This document shows positions 1 through 11,663 of a stretch of 64,000 nucleotides of DNA, in pieces (positions within the stretch are counted from its first letter, which is position 1; every line of letters begins with the position of its first letter). The DNA is from Pavona decussata (lineage: Eukaryota): assembly GCA_977016875.1 (NCBI GenBank), contig CDRNST010000308.1, positions 310,001-374,000 of the forward strand. Reading direction: 5' to 3'. The notes beneath the pieces are model-generated. The model did no database searches. It saw nothing but the letters and a program-made list of their open reading frames with translations, and had not been told where the DNA came from. Both the position numbers and the translations under genes were made by a program.

Positions 1-656
1 CAGGCTGAGAGTCGATTAAGAGCGTTTTTATTTTGCTAATCTGTATATAAAATAAGGGTAACAAATGTAAATTAACCATGTTTTGTATAACATTAACAAT
101 GGTGACCCACATCTCCGTTTGTCATAATCAGCAGTTCTTGATACCATATCTCAGCAGGCAATGCACTTTGTTAGGTTTCCTGATCACGTCCTCATTGATT
201 CACTGAAATACATGTACTGTATACCATGTAATTTAAGAACGTTTTCAGGCTCAAATCGCCAAAAAATATAAGAACGTTTTGCCTCAGCTCCAAAATTAGA
301 CGTTCTTATAAAAAAAAACAGAGTGTATCAATGTTTTTCAAGGCTCAAACCTCAGTATCGATAGAAATGGAATGAAATTGTTATTTAGGGCCTTGAGGAC
401 TACTGTCCTACTAGTTTCCCGGTCTTGCCAGCCGTGTGAAGGAAATTTGGTTGGCTGAGGTAAAAAAAAACATCTTTGACCTCGGCGGGAATTAAACCTA
501 CGATCACGACCTCTGGATTAGATCACCAGCGCTCTGGGAGCTGGTCGTGGAAATTGAGGTATTTAATTCGCCGCAATGGGGATTTTTTCTTTCAAGTACT
601 ACAAACTGTGTGAGCCCCGTAGCACCCTTGTAATGTGATAGAAATGGAATGTAGTA

Positions 657-721
<65 letters not shown>

Positions 722-1179
722 AATAATAATTTCATTCCATTTCTATCGCATCATATGGGTGCTACGCGGCTCACACAGTTTCTTAATTAGTATCGATCAA
801 ATATCAAGCATATCATTTGGCACCGATATTGGCCGTCTCTTATTTTGAACTGTTTATGCCGCCGACGGTTTCAAACTTTAGCTCATTTCTTTACAACTTT
901 AAACCGTTTTTCCCAACACTTTAGTTTCTTGTTACAAAATTTTGTATTTTCAAGTCAACTGATCTTATAATTTAGGACGTAATCTCGCTCAAGCTGCATC
1001 AGATGGCGAATTGGTACGCTTCGTCCGTCTGAACTGCACCGGTTAACTGAAGTAGAAACTCTAAACTCCATGAACCGGACTTTTCAGGTACAAATAATCA
1101 TTATTTTTATCAATTTACTGAAACCTAAGACTACATACAATGATAGTTGTCAGTTCATTAGCACGCAGTGCGGGCTGCG

Positions 1180-2620
1180 GCGCCGCAAGTTGAAACGTGT
1201 GGCCAGAGAGATTCACCCTGAAGTTATTTCATTTCTTCCTTCGTTCGTTTTTCACTGTTTAGCATTTCTTGAACTCTCTACCGGATCTGTGCCGTTTCTT
1301 AGTTTCCTACTGGTGAGCTCACTAAAATACGCGCATAAGATTATCATCCTTTACTTAACTTAGAATTAAAGCCTGTGCTTTAAGTTTGCATTAAAATATA
1401 AGAAAATCGAACCTTTTAAACGCGGCTTATTGCTGCAAACAAAAGAGCTGTCCACTTAGTCGTTCAGCTGTTCGTCTGGTTTCGCCAGTTCGTTCACTCG
1501 GTTTTTCTTTCGTTGGTTTTCACCGGTGGGCACTCCATGGACCGTTTGATCGTTAACTCGGTCATTCGGCCACTCGTTCGCTCGTTCTTTCGCTTGCTCG
1601 TTCGTTTGTGTTTCTGGTTTGTTCAGTTCCTCTTCCTTTTGTCCAGCCGAGTCTCCTTGCTATTCAAAGGCATAAACATGTTATAAACAGTTAAACTAAA
1701 TTAACTAAAAGCTGTATTTAAACATTACGAGGAAGTTTCTTTTTTCAATACTTATGGCTGTAATGCTATAGAGAAAGACTTCTTCTTTCTCCTCTTATCT
1801 TATTCCTAAAAGTAAAGTTGTAAGTTCCGGCACGTAGGGCCAGCTGCAGTGCCGCAGTTTGAAACGTGTGCGCAGCTTCTCCGTCGACATTACGTTTACA
1901 TTTCTTTCTTCTTGCGTTTTTCATTGTTTAGCCTTTCTTGAACTCTCTACCGGGTCTGTTCACTGTGCCCCTGACGAGAATGACAGACCTTCTGAGCAGA
2001 CGAATCTTTTCTTTTTTGCTTTTGTCAATCTATGCTATTTTCCTTTTCGATGAGCTCACTAAAATACGTGCATAAGATTATAATTATTTACTTAGCATTA
2101 AAGCAATAAGAATGACTAAAGCCACCTCGTTTCTCATTCATTAAAAAAAGGATATGCTCTTTTAAGCTTTCATTAAAATATAAAAAAATCGATCCTTTTA
2201 AACGCGTCTTATGGCTGCAAACAAAACAGCTTTCCACTCGGCGCTCGTTCAGCTGTTCATCTGGTTTTCGCGCTAGTTCGTTCACTCGGTTTTTCGTTCG
2301 TTCGTTTTCACCGAGGAGCACTCGATGGACCGTTTGATCGTTAATTTGTTCATTCGCCTATATCCGTTTGCTCATCCGGTTGTTCGTTCGCTCGTTCTTT
2401 CGCTTGCGTGTTAGTTTGCGTTTCTGGTTTGTTCAGTTGCTCTTCCGTTTGCCCAGTTCTCTTTGCTATTCATGGGCATAAACATGTTTTCAATAATAAA
2501 CTGAATTAATTAAAAGCTGTTTTAAAACATTACGAAGAAGTTTCTTCATGTTTTAATACTTATGGCTGCAATGCTTTACAGAAAGGCTTCTCCTTTCTCC
2601 TCTAATCTTATTCCTAAAAA
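1180..2620 (+). repeat. Two diverged tandem copies (~650-750 bp) of a dispersed repeat; a further fragment lies inverted at ~40820-41010
   Basis: Shared blocks TTGAAACGTGTG, TTTCTTGAACTCTCTACCGG, TGAGCTCACTAAAATACG, TCTTATTCCTAAAA. Confidence 0.85.
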
Positions 2621-3511
2621 TCGATGGTGTTAAGAAAATTTTGCCCTCTGTGTTATAAACACGTAATCGCACGAGGCCGAGTAAATTTAAGGATTAATTT
2701 TCATTTTTGAATATACGTGTGAAGATTAATTTTCATTTTGAATATACGTGTCAAAATTAATCCTTAATTCTACTCGGCCTCAAACGATTACACATAATAA
2801 TTGTGAAGAACATCTGCAGTTTTCTTGTATAAAATGTTAATTCTCCAACATTCATAACACTTTGTTTTCGGAAGGCTTAAAAAGTTACGATTAAATGCGA
2901 TGTAAGGCCAGCGCTAGAATTTTCTGAAAGGCAAAGGCGGCCAAAAAATCGGCTGGATGAAATCCTGTTTACTACGATTAGACTTACTGTCGCACTGAGG
3001 AGATCATTCGAAAAGAACAGACCGTGTTTATTGACAGAAATAGCTTTTTCAAAGGAAATACAGGTAAGCAGAGAGAAAATGTTACTCTATAAGTGTTTGA
3101 GAAAATTTTTTTGTTAGTTGCTCTGACGTTTAGTCTTCAGCGGTAGTGGTTACCATAATCACTATATTTTGATATTACCTGAACTACATGCAGACTGATT
3201 CCTAAACGTTCATGAAGAGGCCTTGAATGAATTGAATTAGTGACATGGAGCAAAATTTATTTTTGGAGGTTGTCAGCTTTTCTCTGAATTTTATTCATGG
3301 TGGGGGAAGGGGGAGAGGATATACATTTCTCTTTGTGTTTATTGAGGACAGGCGGATGTTAATTATGATTCTCGTTGTCACGTTACTTTCTAGCTATCCC
3401 GCCCCCTACCTGATTTCCTGCTTATTAATAAACGGTCCTTTAAGCAAATTACTTCATGTCTTTCATTTTCTTCTTTTCAGGACACGAATGTGATCTCCGG
3501 GACCTTTGGCG

Positions 3512-6500
3512 ATGGGATGCTCTGCTTCGTTTCATCATCTTACTTCCTTGAAAAATGCGCTTCCCTCTACGCAAGATTTTAGAACCGTCCCCATTCCTTT
3601 CTCACGCAAGACTAAGGACACCTTACGAGAGTCCTGGGAACTTGTTGAACCAGTTAAAATAGAGGCGGGAAAAGCAATGTTTATGAAGTAAGTCAAACCC
3701 ATATAACCTTGTTAGGGGGGGGGGGGGGGTTAGTTTCTAAAAAAACTGTGGTGCTGTGCAGGTGTGTGTGTGTGTATGGTGTGGGGCGGGGGGGTGCATG
3801 GGAGGGGAGGGGAAACGAATGTTTACTTTTATCCAGAGTTGATAAGGTAATTTGATCACTGTAAAGATATCAGTCGAGAGCTGGCGCCTCGAGCGTTAGC
3901 CCTTCGTCAGAGTAAATAGCCCTATCAGTCGAACCATCAGAAATATTTTGGAGGCGTTGTGTTACATGAATCAAAGCTACTGAGCAAAATATTCCTGTGG
4001 TACTCTTCGTTATGATGGTTCTAACATCTGTATCCTTATGTTTGAAATTAAAGGTAGTTAAATATACCTTTCCTCTGGTCCTTTTCGTTTGCTGTACAAG
4101 GTGGTCCTGTATAGGTCTGTGTGTACAGCGGGTAGCTACGTCCCTGGATGGGGTTATATAACTAAATGACGATCGACTATTAGAGTGTTGGTGTTTTTGT
4201 TGTAATAGAGGGCTCCATAAAGAATTTTCTGCACAATTAGATGTCGAGGGAGATTGCAAACTTTGACTTTGGAAAAGTAGACGGCCAAAATTACAAAAAA
4301 AAAAACAACTAAGTAGCTAAGTAGTAACGACCATTTCTTTACTTTTAGACTCTTCCAGACACATCCCAATATCCAAGACACCTTCCCGTCATTCAAAGGT
4401 GTCACCCTTGATGAAATGATGAACTCGCGTTCGCTGTATCTTCACGCCAAACGAGTCATGGCCGCTGTAGAACAAACTATCTGCTCTTTAGATGACGCCG
4501 AAGTCTTAATTGAGACTCTTACGAAACTGGGTCGAAGACACCAGCCATGGTCCATCAATGAGGAGCATTTTAAGGTAAATAAGTTTATTGTGGTTTGCAT
4601 TCGGTCTGCATCGGAGCTTGTAACGACAAACTATGTCGGGGACGATCATTATTTGACAAGCGTGGTCTGGGATAATGTTTCTCCGGGTTTCAGTTCTGGG
4701 CCAATCCTCGCATCATTTGCCAGTCCGAGAATCAGATCACCTTTCTGAGTATTGTTTGTTGATTTTGATCTGTTTCTGATTCTGTCAGAAAACTCAATGT
4801 TAGCCTCCTGTCAACACGACTTAGTGGCTGGCATCTTTATCTATTGAATTGTATTGTGCATCTTTACTCAGTGATATGAAGGGTTCATCAGATTTGATTA
4901 CGAGTACCAGATTGAGTACGAGTACGACGTTTCAGATCTGGTTTTCTTGGTTTGGGTAACCGATGGTCACACCAATCCTGTTTTTGAGGTCTCCTTGTGT
5001 GCTGGTAAACAACGGGAAATGGGCAACAGTTCTGGGGATGTGACTGATTTGAAATATAAAAGTCGTATTCGTACTCAATCTCGTACTCGTACTCTGATCT
5101 GAAGGTCCCTAATTTATTATGTCTTGGCGGGACCCGGTTTTATTAAAGATTTAAATATTGATAGAAATAACCTATCTTTTACTACTTTTTGCTAAACCAT
5201 TCTCAGCGATTAAAACTGTTCAATTCAATGTTGTGCTAAATGCATTCCATTTATTACTTACTCACACCAAAGATAACTGGTCGCTAGCATTGGGGAACTA
5301 TTTACCACACATTACAGTGAACAATCTCGGAGTTTCTAGAAATTTTATCCGACTTTTATTTCAAGGGAGGCGGCAACTCAATTTCGAGGGAGAAGGCAAC
5401 TCAATTTTTAGGAGGCGGCGTGGTCCAACGATTTAGCGCACTGGACTTGAAATCCGGAGTCCCCGGGTTCAAGCCCCGTCCTTGGCCACGCTTGTATATA
5501 GCTAGCCTGCCAGTTGGGATTTTTTGAAACCTGTTATGTTTAATTTTATTATTTGTTTCCGTTATTTCTGAGTGGAATGCCTGTAAACCAGCTTTGGGTA
5601 GCTAATTGGATTGCCATTATAAAATAAAAAAAAGAAAAGAAAAGAGAATCACCTAAATTAGCCATTCCTCTGGGGAAGGGGAGCGGGATAGTCCTCGGAA
5701 TTTTTGTTGGGGGTGTTCGGCTCGGTTCTTCTATTTCAGACCAAAATATGTAATTTTTCGGTACCCATTATCAGACCTGGGGCCCGTTTCTCGAAAGACC
5801 GGTAACTTATCGGGCCCGATAAGTGTCTTTGGTAATAAACTGTTTCTAAACAGAAGTCAATTTTTGTTAGCTTTGAATACTAGATTTTTAAATCTTACAA
5901 TTTTATGAAAACATTGGCCAAGTATCATGTCTGTAATCACTGTGTAATCGGCGAAAATAACATTTAAAAATATACTTATCGGGCCCGGTTAGTTACCGGG
6001 AGTTTCGAGAAACGGGCTTCTGGACCGTCTATAATCCATACCCGTTTCTATAAAATCCATACATATTTTCAGACTTTCAGACCAAAATCTTTTGGCTGCA
6101 CATACCTTTTAATATAGCTTACATATCGAAAGATCCTCGCAGTTGTAACGCAACTTAAGCAGTTGCGAAAAGAAAGCCTGAAAAAAATTCAGGCTTGAAA
6201 GGGATGCCAGCGCAGTGCTCTATATATAGCTCACATAGGAAAGTACCCTCGGGGCCATTCCCCTGTACCGTCAAATCTGTAAACTGTCAAACTGAAGCTG
6301 AGAAACATAAGAAAACAGAGGAGAGGTAATTAATTTTGTGTACAGATAGCTAAACTGATCGATGATGACTTTGATGCAATAACTCTAAAACTTAAACACC
6401 ATAAGATAAAAAGTATCTAATTGATACATGCCGTTTCCTGTTACCCTTTTCTACACTTTTCGTACTACAACAATCTACACTTTTCATTTCTTTCCCTTCT

Positions 6501-6954
6501 TTTTATTTCCCTTTTGCTCTTTTTATAAATATTGTAAAAAATATGGCAGTGTATAACGTAATAATACAGGTTTAAGACTTCCCCGCCTCGACTAGCGTGG
6601 CTCAGATTTGCGGGTCAGTATAATATGTATATTATTTTCTGTAAATAAATAAATAAATAAATTGTTGTTGTTGTTGTTGTGGTTTCTTCAGTGTCCATTT
6701 GTTTACACGTCACTGCAGATTAAACAACTCATTGGTTGTCAAAAGTAAATCAAACTGTAACATGTGCATGGTTGAGATGAACTTTTTTTGTTCTTTGTTT
6801 GTTTGTTTATCAGGTTGTAGGTGAAGCCCTTCTGTGGACCTTGCAGGATATGCTTCAATCCAACTGCACAAGCCAAGTCATAGAGGCCTGGAAAGAGCTG
6901 TTTAATTTCATAACGAAATTGATGTTAAAGGGCGCCTGTTTAAATGATTTTTAA
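3512..6954 (+). CDS. Globin 1, N-acylated globin X/neuroglobin-like, 180 aa; exons 3512-3687, 4349-4574, 6814-6954
   Basis: Spliced by hand: MGCSASFHH...LRESWELVEPVKIEAGKAMFMK|LFQTHPNIQDTFPSFKGV...LYLHAKRVM...LGRRHQPWSINEEHFK|VVGEALLWTL...AWKELFNFITKLMLKGACLNDF*. GT-AG introns in phase 2 (B12.2) and phase 0 (G7.0); CD1 F, E7 H and F8 H present. Confidence 0.95.
4880..5111. mobile_element. MITE with TACGAG-rich TIRs
   Basis: GATTGAGTACGAGTACGAC ... GTCGTATTCGTACTCAATC; a related end occurs at ~58426-58475. Confidence 0.65.
5411..5610 (+). mobile_element. tRNA-derived SINE
   Basis: GGAGGCGGCGTGG...GGACTTGAAATCC...GGTTCAAGCCC head plus a body shared with 56245-56450. Confidence 0.75.
5779..6020. 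mobile_element. MITE nested within another repeat in globin 1 intron 2
   Basis: TIR GCCCGTTTCTCGAAA ... TTTCGAGAAACGGGC; the host repeat resembles 36785-37050. Confidence 0.75.
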
Positions 6955-7841
6955 TGTTAAATGTGATTTTTCCATTCTGCCTTGCCTTGCAAAATGCAAT
7001 TATAGAACATTCTTAACAGTAATCACCAGTTACTTGGGCTGCTATTGTGGTGACCTCAGCTGGGCTTTGACTATGGGCCATCTGATTCGTCGATCATTCA
7101 TCGATACCTCTTGTTGGCCAGGGTCCACAACACCGGTGTCTTTTGTAAGCAGGCCCATTTGCGTGGATGAAGGTCTCTCTCTCTACCGGTGTCCACGCGC
7201 GGGAGTCCACAACGCACGCTTAAGCTGGCCGTCTGACGGCTCGGGATGTCGTCTGCAGACCACGGTAGAGGTCAAGATTTGACAAATGCTCTCCTGACAT
7301 TTTTGGAACTGATCTCTCAGCATCATCGTAAAGCAACTATTAGTTCAGAGACTATTGCAGTTACATAGGAAAAATGGACGTGAATCTAATAGTATAAAAT
7401 GTAATAGCAGTACAAATGTAGTCTTTCCAACCTAGTTTCAATCTTATAATTTCAGTGTTTTTACAAAACGTTGCTTTATCGTTTTTTAAGCCAGTGTCAA
7501 ACTATCACAGTTACACATTTTAGTCATGAATCCTGGCTGCAAGTTTAGAATTTTTCTTTTAGTTTTCTAATGGCCATAAAAAGTTTTTCAGTGATGACTT
7601 CCCCTCTCTTCCCTGCACAAAGGTTATGCTTGTTCGTATTAGCTTATGTCCAAGTAAAAGAACGCGCCTGGCACATAATCCACAAGAATATTTAAAGTGG
7701 GTAAGCGTAAGTGTAAAGGACCAAACAATTTTCCTTTTTCTTATGCCTCCCAGCGTTTATTCTTACGTCTACGTTTATGCAGCTAGTGAGTATAAACGCT
7801 AGCTTAAACTTGAACATTAATATTCTTGTTATCTGTTGAAT

Positions 7842-7926
7842 ATTATATTTTGACCTGATGATGGTGTCATGAGGACACCAAAACGTTGTAAATATGATTC
7901 TACCCGTTATTTTCATCATCAAATTA
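7842..7926 (+). ncRNA. Penelope-type hammerhead motif, same family (GAAA mutated to AAAA)
   Basis: CTGATGA-T-GGTGTC-ATGAG-GACACC-AAAACGTT plus the shared downstream flank. Confidence 0.6.
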
Positions 7927-7959
7927 AAACTATCTACCTGCAATAAACCTTAGGTGGAC

Positions 7960-8680
7960 TTAAAGCAGGAGGAGTTAGTGAATCTGGCCCAGGTCAATAA
8001 TTCTACAACTATCCGGACTCAACTTCAGATCATAGAGTGGCCAGCATAACTTCACATAATAATTCTTAACTATGAAAGAATTGAATTCTGTTCGCATTAT
8101 TTTACAAATCCGTTTCGTGGTCTTTGAAGTTAGTTACTGGCCAATTTGTGAATTAAGTCAGTACACTCTTCAAGTGTATGACAGGTACAGTTAATCTGGA
8201 CCTCACCAAATACCTTAAACCTGCTGAAAGCTCCACATAAAATCTTAGACACGTAAATTATTCTTTTAAGACTAGATACGCGAGAACCGATATTTTAAAA
8301 TTTTCATATTTTAGAGGGTAGCTAAAACCTGGAATGAATTACCATTTTGTTTAAGAAAAATTGACTCTCTTACTGACTTTAGGAAAGGTCTGAAATCTTA
8401 TTTGCACAAGAAGGATGCTTCTGCAGATTACTGAAGCCATGAGCTATTGGTTTTATCAGACAGCATTTGAATTTAAATTTTAGTCTAGGTTAATCTTAAC
8501 TTTATCAACAGTATGTATAATTTATGTGATAATTTAGATGTTTGTAATGTCAACTTTTGATGTCATTTACTAATTAATCTAGGTAACACCACATTTGGGG
8601 AAGTACTTCCTGTTTAGGGTTTTCTCAATACACTTAATTTTCCCTTTGTTGTCAATGTAAAACATTAAAGTTTAAGTTAA
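7960..8680 (+). mobile_element. 5'-truncated LINE (CR1/L2-type) 3' end
   Basis: KTRYARTDILKFSYF...WNELPFCLRKIDSLTDFRKGLKSYL, then 3' UTR, ATTAAA and a short GTTAAA-like tail. Confidence 0.7.
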
Positions 8681-9757
8681 AGTAAGTTTTGATTTTCTTT
8701 TGCTTGCTCCTTTCCCGCCATCATGGTTCCAGTCATAAACTGGAATAAATCTCTCCAAGCGTTTGAGACTTCTTCAGTGCAGTCCTCACCAAGAATGTCT
8801 TTTAATGCTAAAATTAGGGCTTTTTCCATGACCTGACAAATTAAAAAAAGTCAGGTTTGTTCAAGATGCTGTACGTTTTAAGACGATACTCAAATCCACC
8901 GACAAACGATAAAACACACTTTTGCAACGAGCACGAGCATAAAAAAAACATGGCCCAGAATGCAATAGCGTGTTCACAAGCACAAGCGTAAGAAATGTTA
9001 TTTATCACCAATATCAGATGTCTATTCCTACACTTTGAAAAAATCATTAATTAATTTGCACATTCCTAAATCTAATTTGGGGATTGCTAACTGTAGCCTT
9101 CATTAAAAAGGATTTGTCTTCTGGAGCAACATCCCTGTCGAAGCAAGAGCTCAGAGTAGCTTTAGAACTTTTACATGAATCGTACTTACTAAATAACAGA
9201 AATGTTTTCAGTAAAGTTTCGGGTATATTTTATAAACATTGTAACTGTTGTTTTAAGTTATTTTAATTACCACAGCTCACAGGAAGACCATGTTTTTTCT
9301 TGTACATGTAAATGATTTTGATACAGTGTTTACATAAAGATAATGATGATGATGATGATGGTGATGGTAATGATGATGATGATGATATTTGAGAAAACGA
9401 GAAGCAGAAAAAGAAGCTTTTATCTTAGCTCTTTATTTCACATTTGTGTTTTTATTCTAGGTTTTGAGCCAAAGATTAGCTTATATTTGATTAGATTATG
9501 ATTAGATTAGATTAGATTAGACTAAATTAGATTAGATTGAATTAGATTAGATTAGATTAGATTAGATTAGATTAGATTAGATTAGATTAGATTAGATTAG
9601 ATTAGATTAGTTTAGATTAGATTAGATTAGATTAGATAAGATCAGATTAGATTTTATTATCACTGGTGTAAATTTTTAATGTGATTTTTGTTTGAATACT
9701 ATCTCATTGTAAAGCGCCATGAGCCATGGACATGGCGCTATATAAATCTTTTTATTA

Positions 9758-9796
<39 letters not shown>

Positions 9797-11054
9797 TAAC
9801 TCACCTTAAAATGCTTTTCAGTGATTGTGATTGCGCTATGTCTTTCACCCAGGGTCTTAAGATAATCAATGAAATCTTGCCCATCGTCTAGCGAAGAAAT
9901 AGCGTTTTCTACTGCCCCCATCAAACGCTTGGAGTGCAAGAATAAGGAGCGAGAGTTCATAAGCTCATCCAGCGAAACTCCTTTAAACGAAGGAAACGTA
10001 TCTTGTAGATCTGGATTCAGTTGCAGAAGTCTGCAAGAAGTGAAGAACAAAAGTATTATTACGGACGGTGCCTACTAGTTCCAAGGTATTTTTGCGTGGT
10101 TTATGAATATACGGGTAAAAATCTTGGAAAGAAGAAAAAAAATTGCGGAAAACCCCGCATTTTTCAAAGAAAATTAATCAACAATATTTGTAAAAAGCGC
10201 TAAAATACAGTAACAATGTATGGAATTTTTCTCCAATTTTAACTTAATTATCTCTGAAAATGCGCGGTTATCCCCACTTTTCTTTTCGGATTTCAATAAC
10301 ACTTGCTAAGATCTTCTTTTCCCTCATATTCAAAAACTGTGCAAAAACTACCTTTGAATTAGTAGGCAGTGTCCTAAAGAAATCCGAGCCTCTAGGACTT
10401 ACTTGAGATGCGCAGAGCGTATGCGTTGTAGCAAAAGTAGGCACCGTCCTTACTGTACAGTTTTCAAAAGTACAACATTGTTTCGACGTCTTCATGGCAT
10501 TATTGAAATGAGATAGAAAGGAGATCTAAGATGTATAATTTAATTTTATTTCCGCGTCTCCGAATGCTGAGAGACTTCGTAAGACGGACGGGATCAGACG
10601 GTGAGTTTGTGAATAAAAAGACATTCGACGTTGCATTTTTGAGAATTGAGAGTTCTTTTGCTTTCTTTTACAGATCATTGAATGCCTTGACTAAATCTTT
10701 AAAACAATTACAGAATGATAAACATTAGCATGATGTATATACAACAATTAATGTTACGTGTTTCAAAAGAAAAGAAAAGACCTGCATAAAAATAGGATTC
10801 GGGGGTTGACTTGCTCTCTAGACGAAAATAAGTTTTTATCCTAATTTGTTTCGGTCCCCGTTTAACAATCGCCTTTTCCATCAATCCCCCACCCCCCTCC
10901 CTTATCCGACCGGTGCATTTTCTGACTAAAAATGCCGTAATTCTGAACTTTATTTAACGTGGGAAAACAAGCGCCCAGTTATACGGTTTAGTTCAAAAAC
11001 TGCACTGGCTAGTTTACAGGCATGCCACGATAAAAATAAATAAATAAATAAATA

Positions 11055-11117
<63 letters not shown>

Positions 11118-11389
11118 AACTATATACAGGATAAAAAGCAGTTTATGGATGCTACATCATTGTAGTATTGATTCATTTACTAAAAGTAATATTGTTCTTT
11201 GGAAAACTGAACTTGTTACCTGACAAATATGTTCCTTCCAAACACGTATTTTTCTTCTTCCAGACTTTTCCAAGATGCCCTCAAGATGTTTTTGTGTGCA
11301 TCGGAAACTGGCAGTGAAACAGCTTTGCTTGACACCTTAGGATAAATCGAGGGTCTTTTCTTTACGTGCTGAGATGCAGCACAGCCCAT
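8677..11389 (-). CDS. Globin 2, N-acylated globin X/neuroglobin-like, 183 aa; exons 11389-11220, 10030-9805, 8832-8677
   Basis: MGCAASQHVKKRPS...LRASWKSLEEEKYVFGRNIFVR|LLQLNPDLQDTFPSFKGV...LFLHSKRLM...LGERHSAITITEKHFK|VMEKALILALKDILG...AWRDLFQFMTGTMMAGKEQAKENQNLL*. Same intron phases; 226-bp middle exon. Confidence 0.94.
9490..9652. repeat. (TTAGA)n microsatellite
   Basis: Direct inspection; lies in globin 2 intron 2. Confidence 0.95.
10059..10452. mobile_element. MITE in globin 2 intron 1, about 30 bp from the exon 2 acceptor
   Basis: GGACGGTGCCTACT ... AGTAGGCACCGTCC TIR, with a second internal end at ~10361-10377. Confidence 0.75.
11034..11118. repeat. (AAAT)n(CAAT)n microsatellite
   Basis: Direct inspection. 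Confidence 0.95.
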
Positions 11390-11476
11390 AGCTGAAGTAT
11401 TGGGTATTTACTAAACAGTTTAGAACAGAGAAAAATAGCAAGCCGTTAATAATGCAAAAGAAGATCATAAAAAGGG

Positions 11477-11663
11477 TATAAACCATATTCCAAAATGGCT
11501 TCCATTTTAATATTCTTTTGTTCGCAATCAAATTAGCCCTTCTTGCCTCGTTCAAGGTAAAATATTATTTTGATTTTTGAGCTTAAGAACGAGGCAAGAA
11601 GAGCTAATTTAAATACCAACAAAAAAATATTAAAATAGTAGCCATTTTGGAATAAGGTCTATA
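11477..11663. mobile_element. Fold-back MITE just upstream of the globin 2 start
   Basis: Near-complete hairpin (TATTCCAAAATGGCT...AGCCATTTTGGAATA; TCTTGCCTCGTTC...GAACGAGGCAAGA); related element at 46366-46547. Confidence 0.8.

Noticed and set aside
1960-2010. CTGACGA as a hammerhead core
   Set aside because: No stem II followed by GAAA.
5411-5490. Functional tRNA gene
   Set aside because: Degenerate arms and a shared non-tRNA body with 56245-56450 indicate a SINE.
6931-6954. C-terminal prenylation motif in globin 1 (GACLNDF)
   Set aside because: The Cys is fifth from the end, so it is not a CaaX box.
9490-9652. (TTAGA)n as an interstitial telomere
   Set aside because: It is neither TTAGGG nor TTAGG; an ordinary intronic microsatellite.
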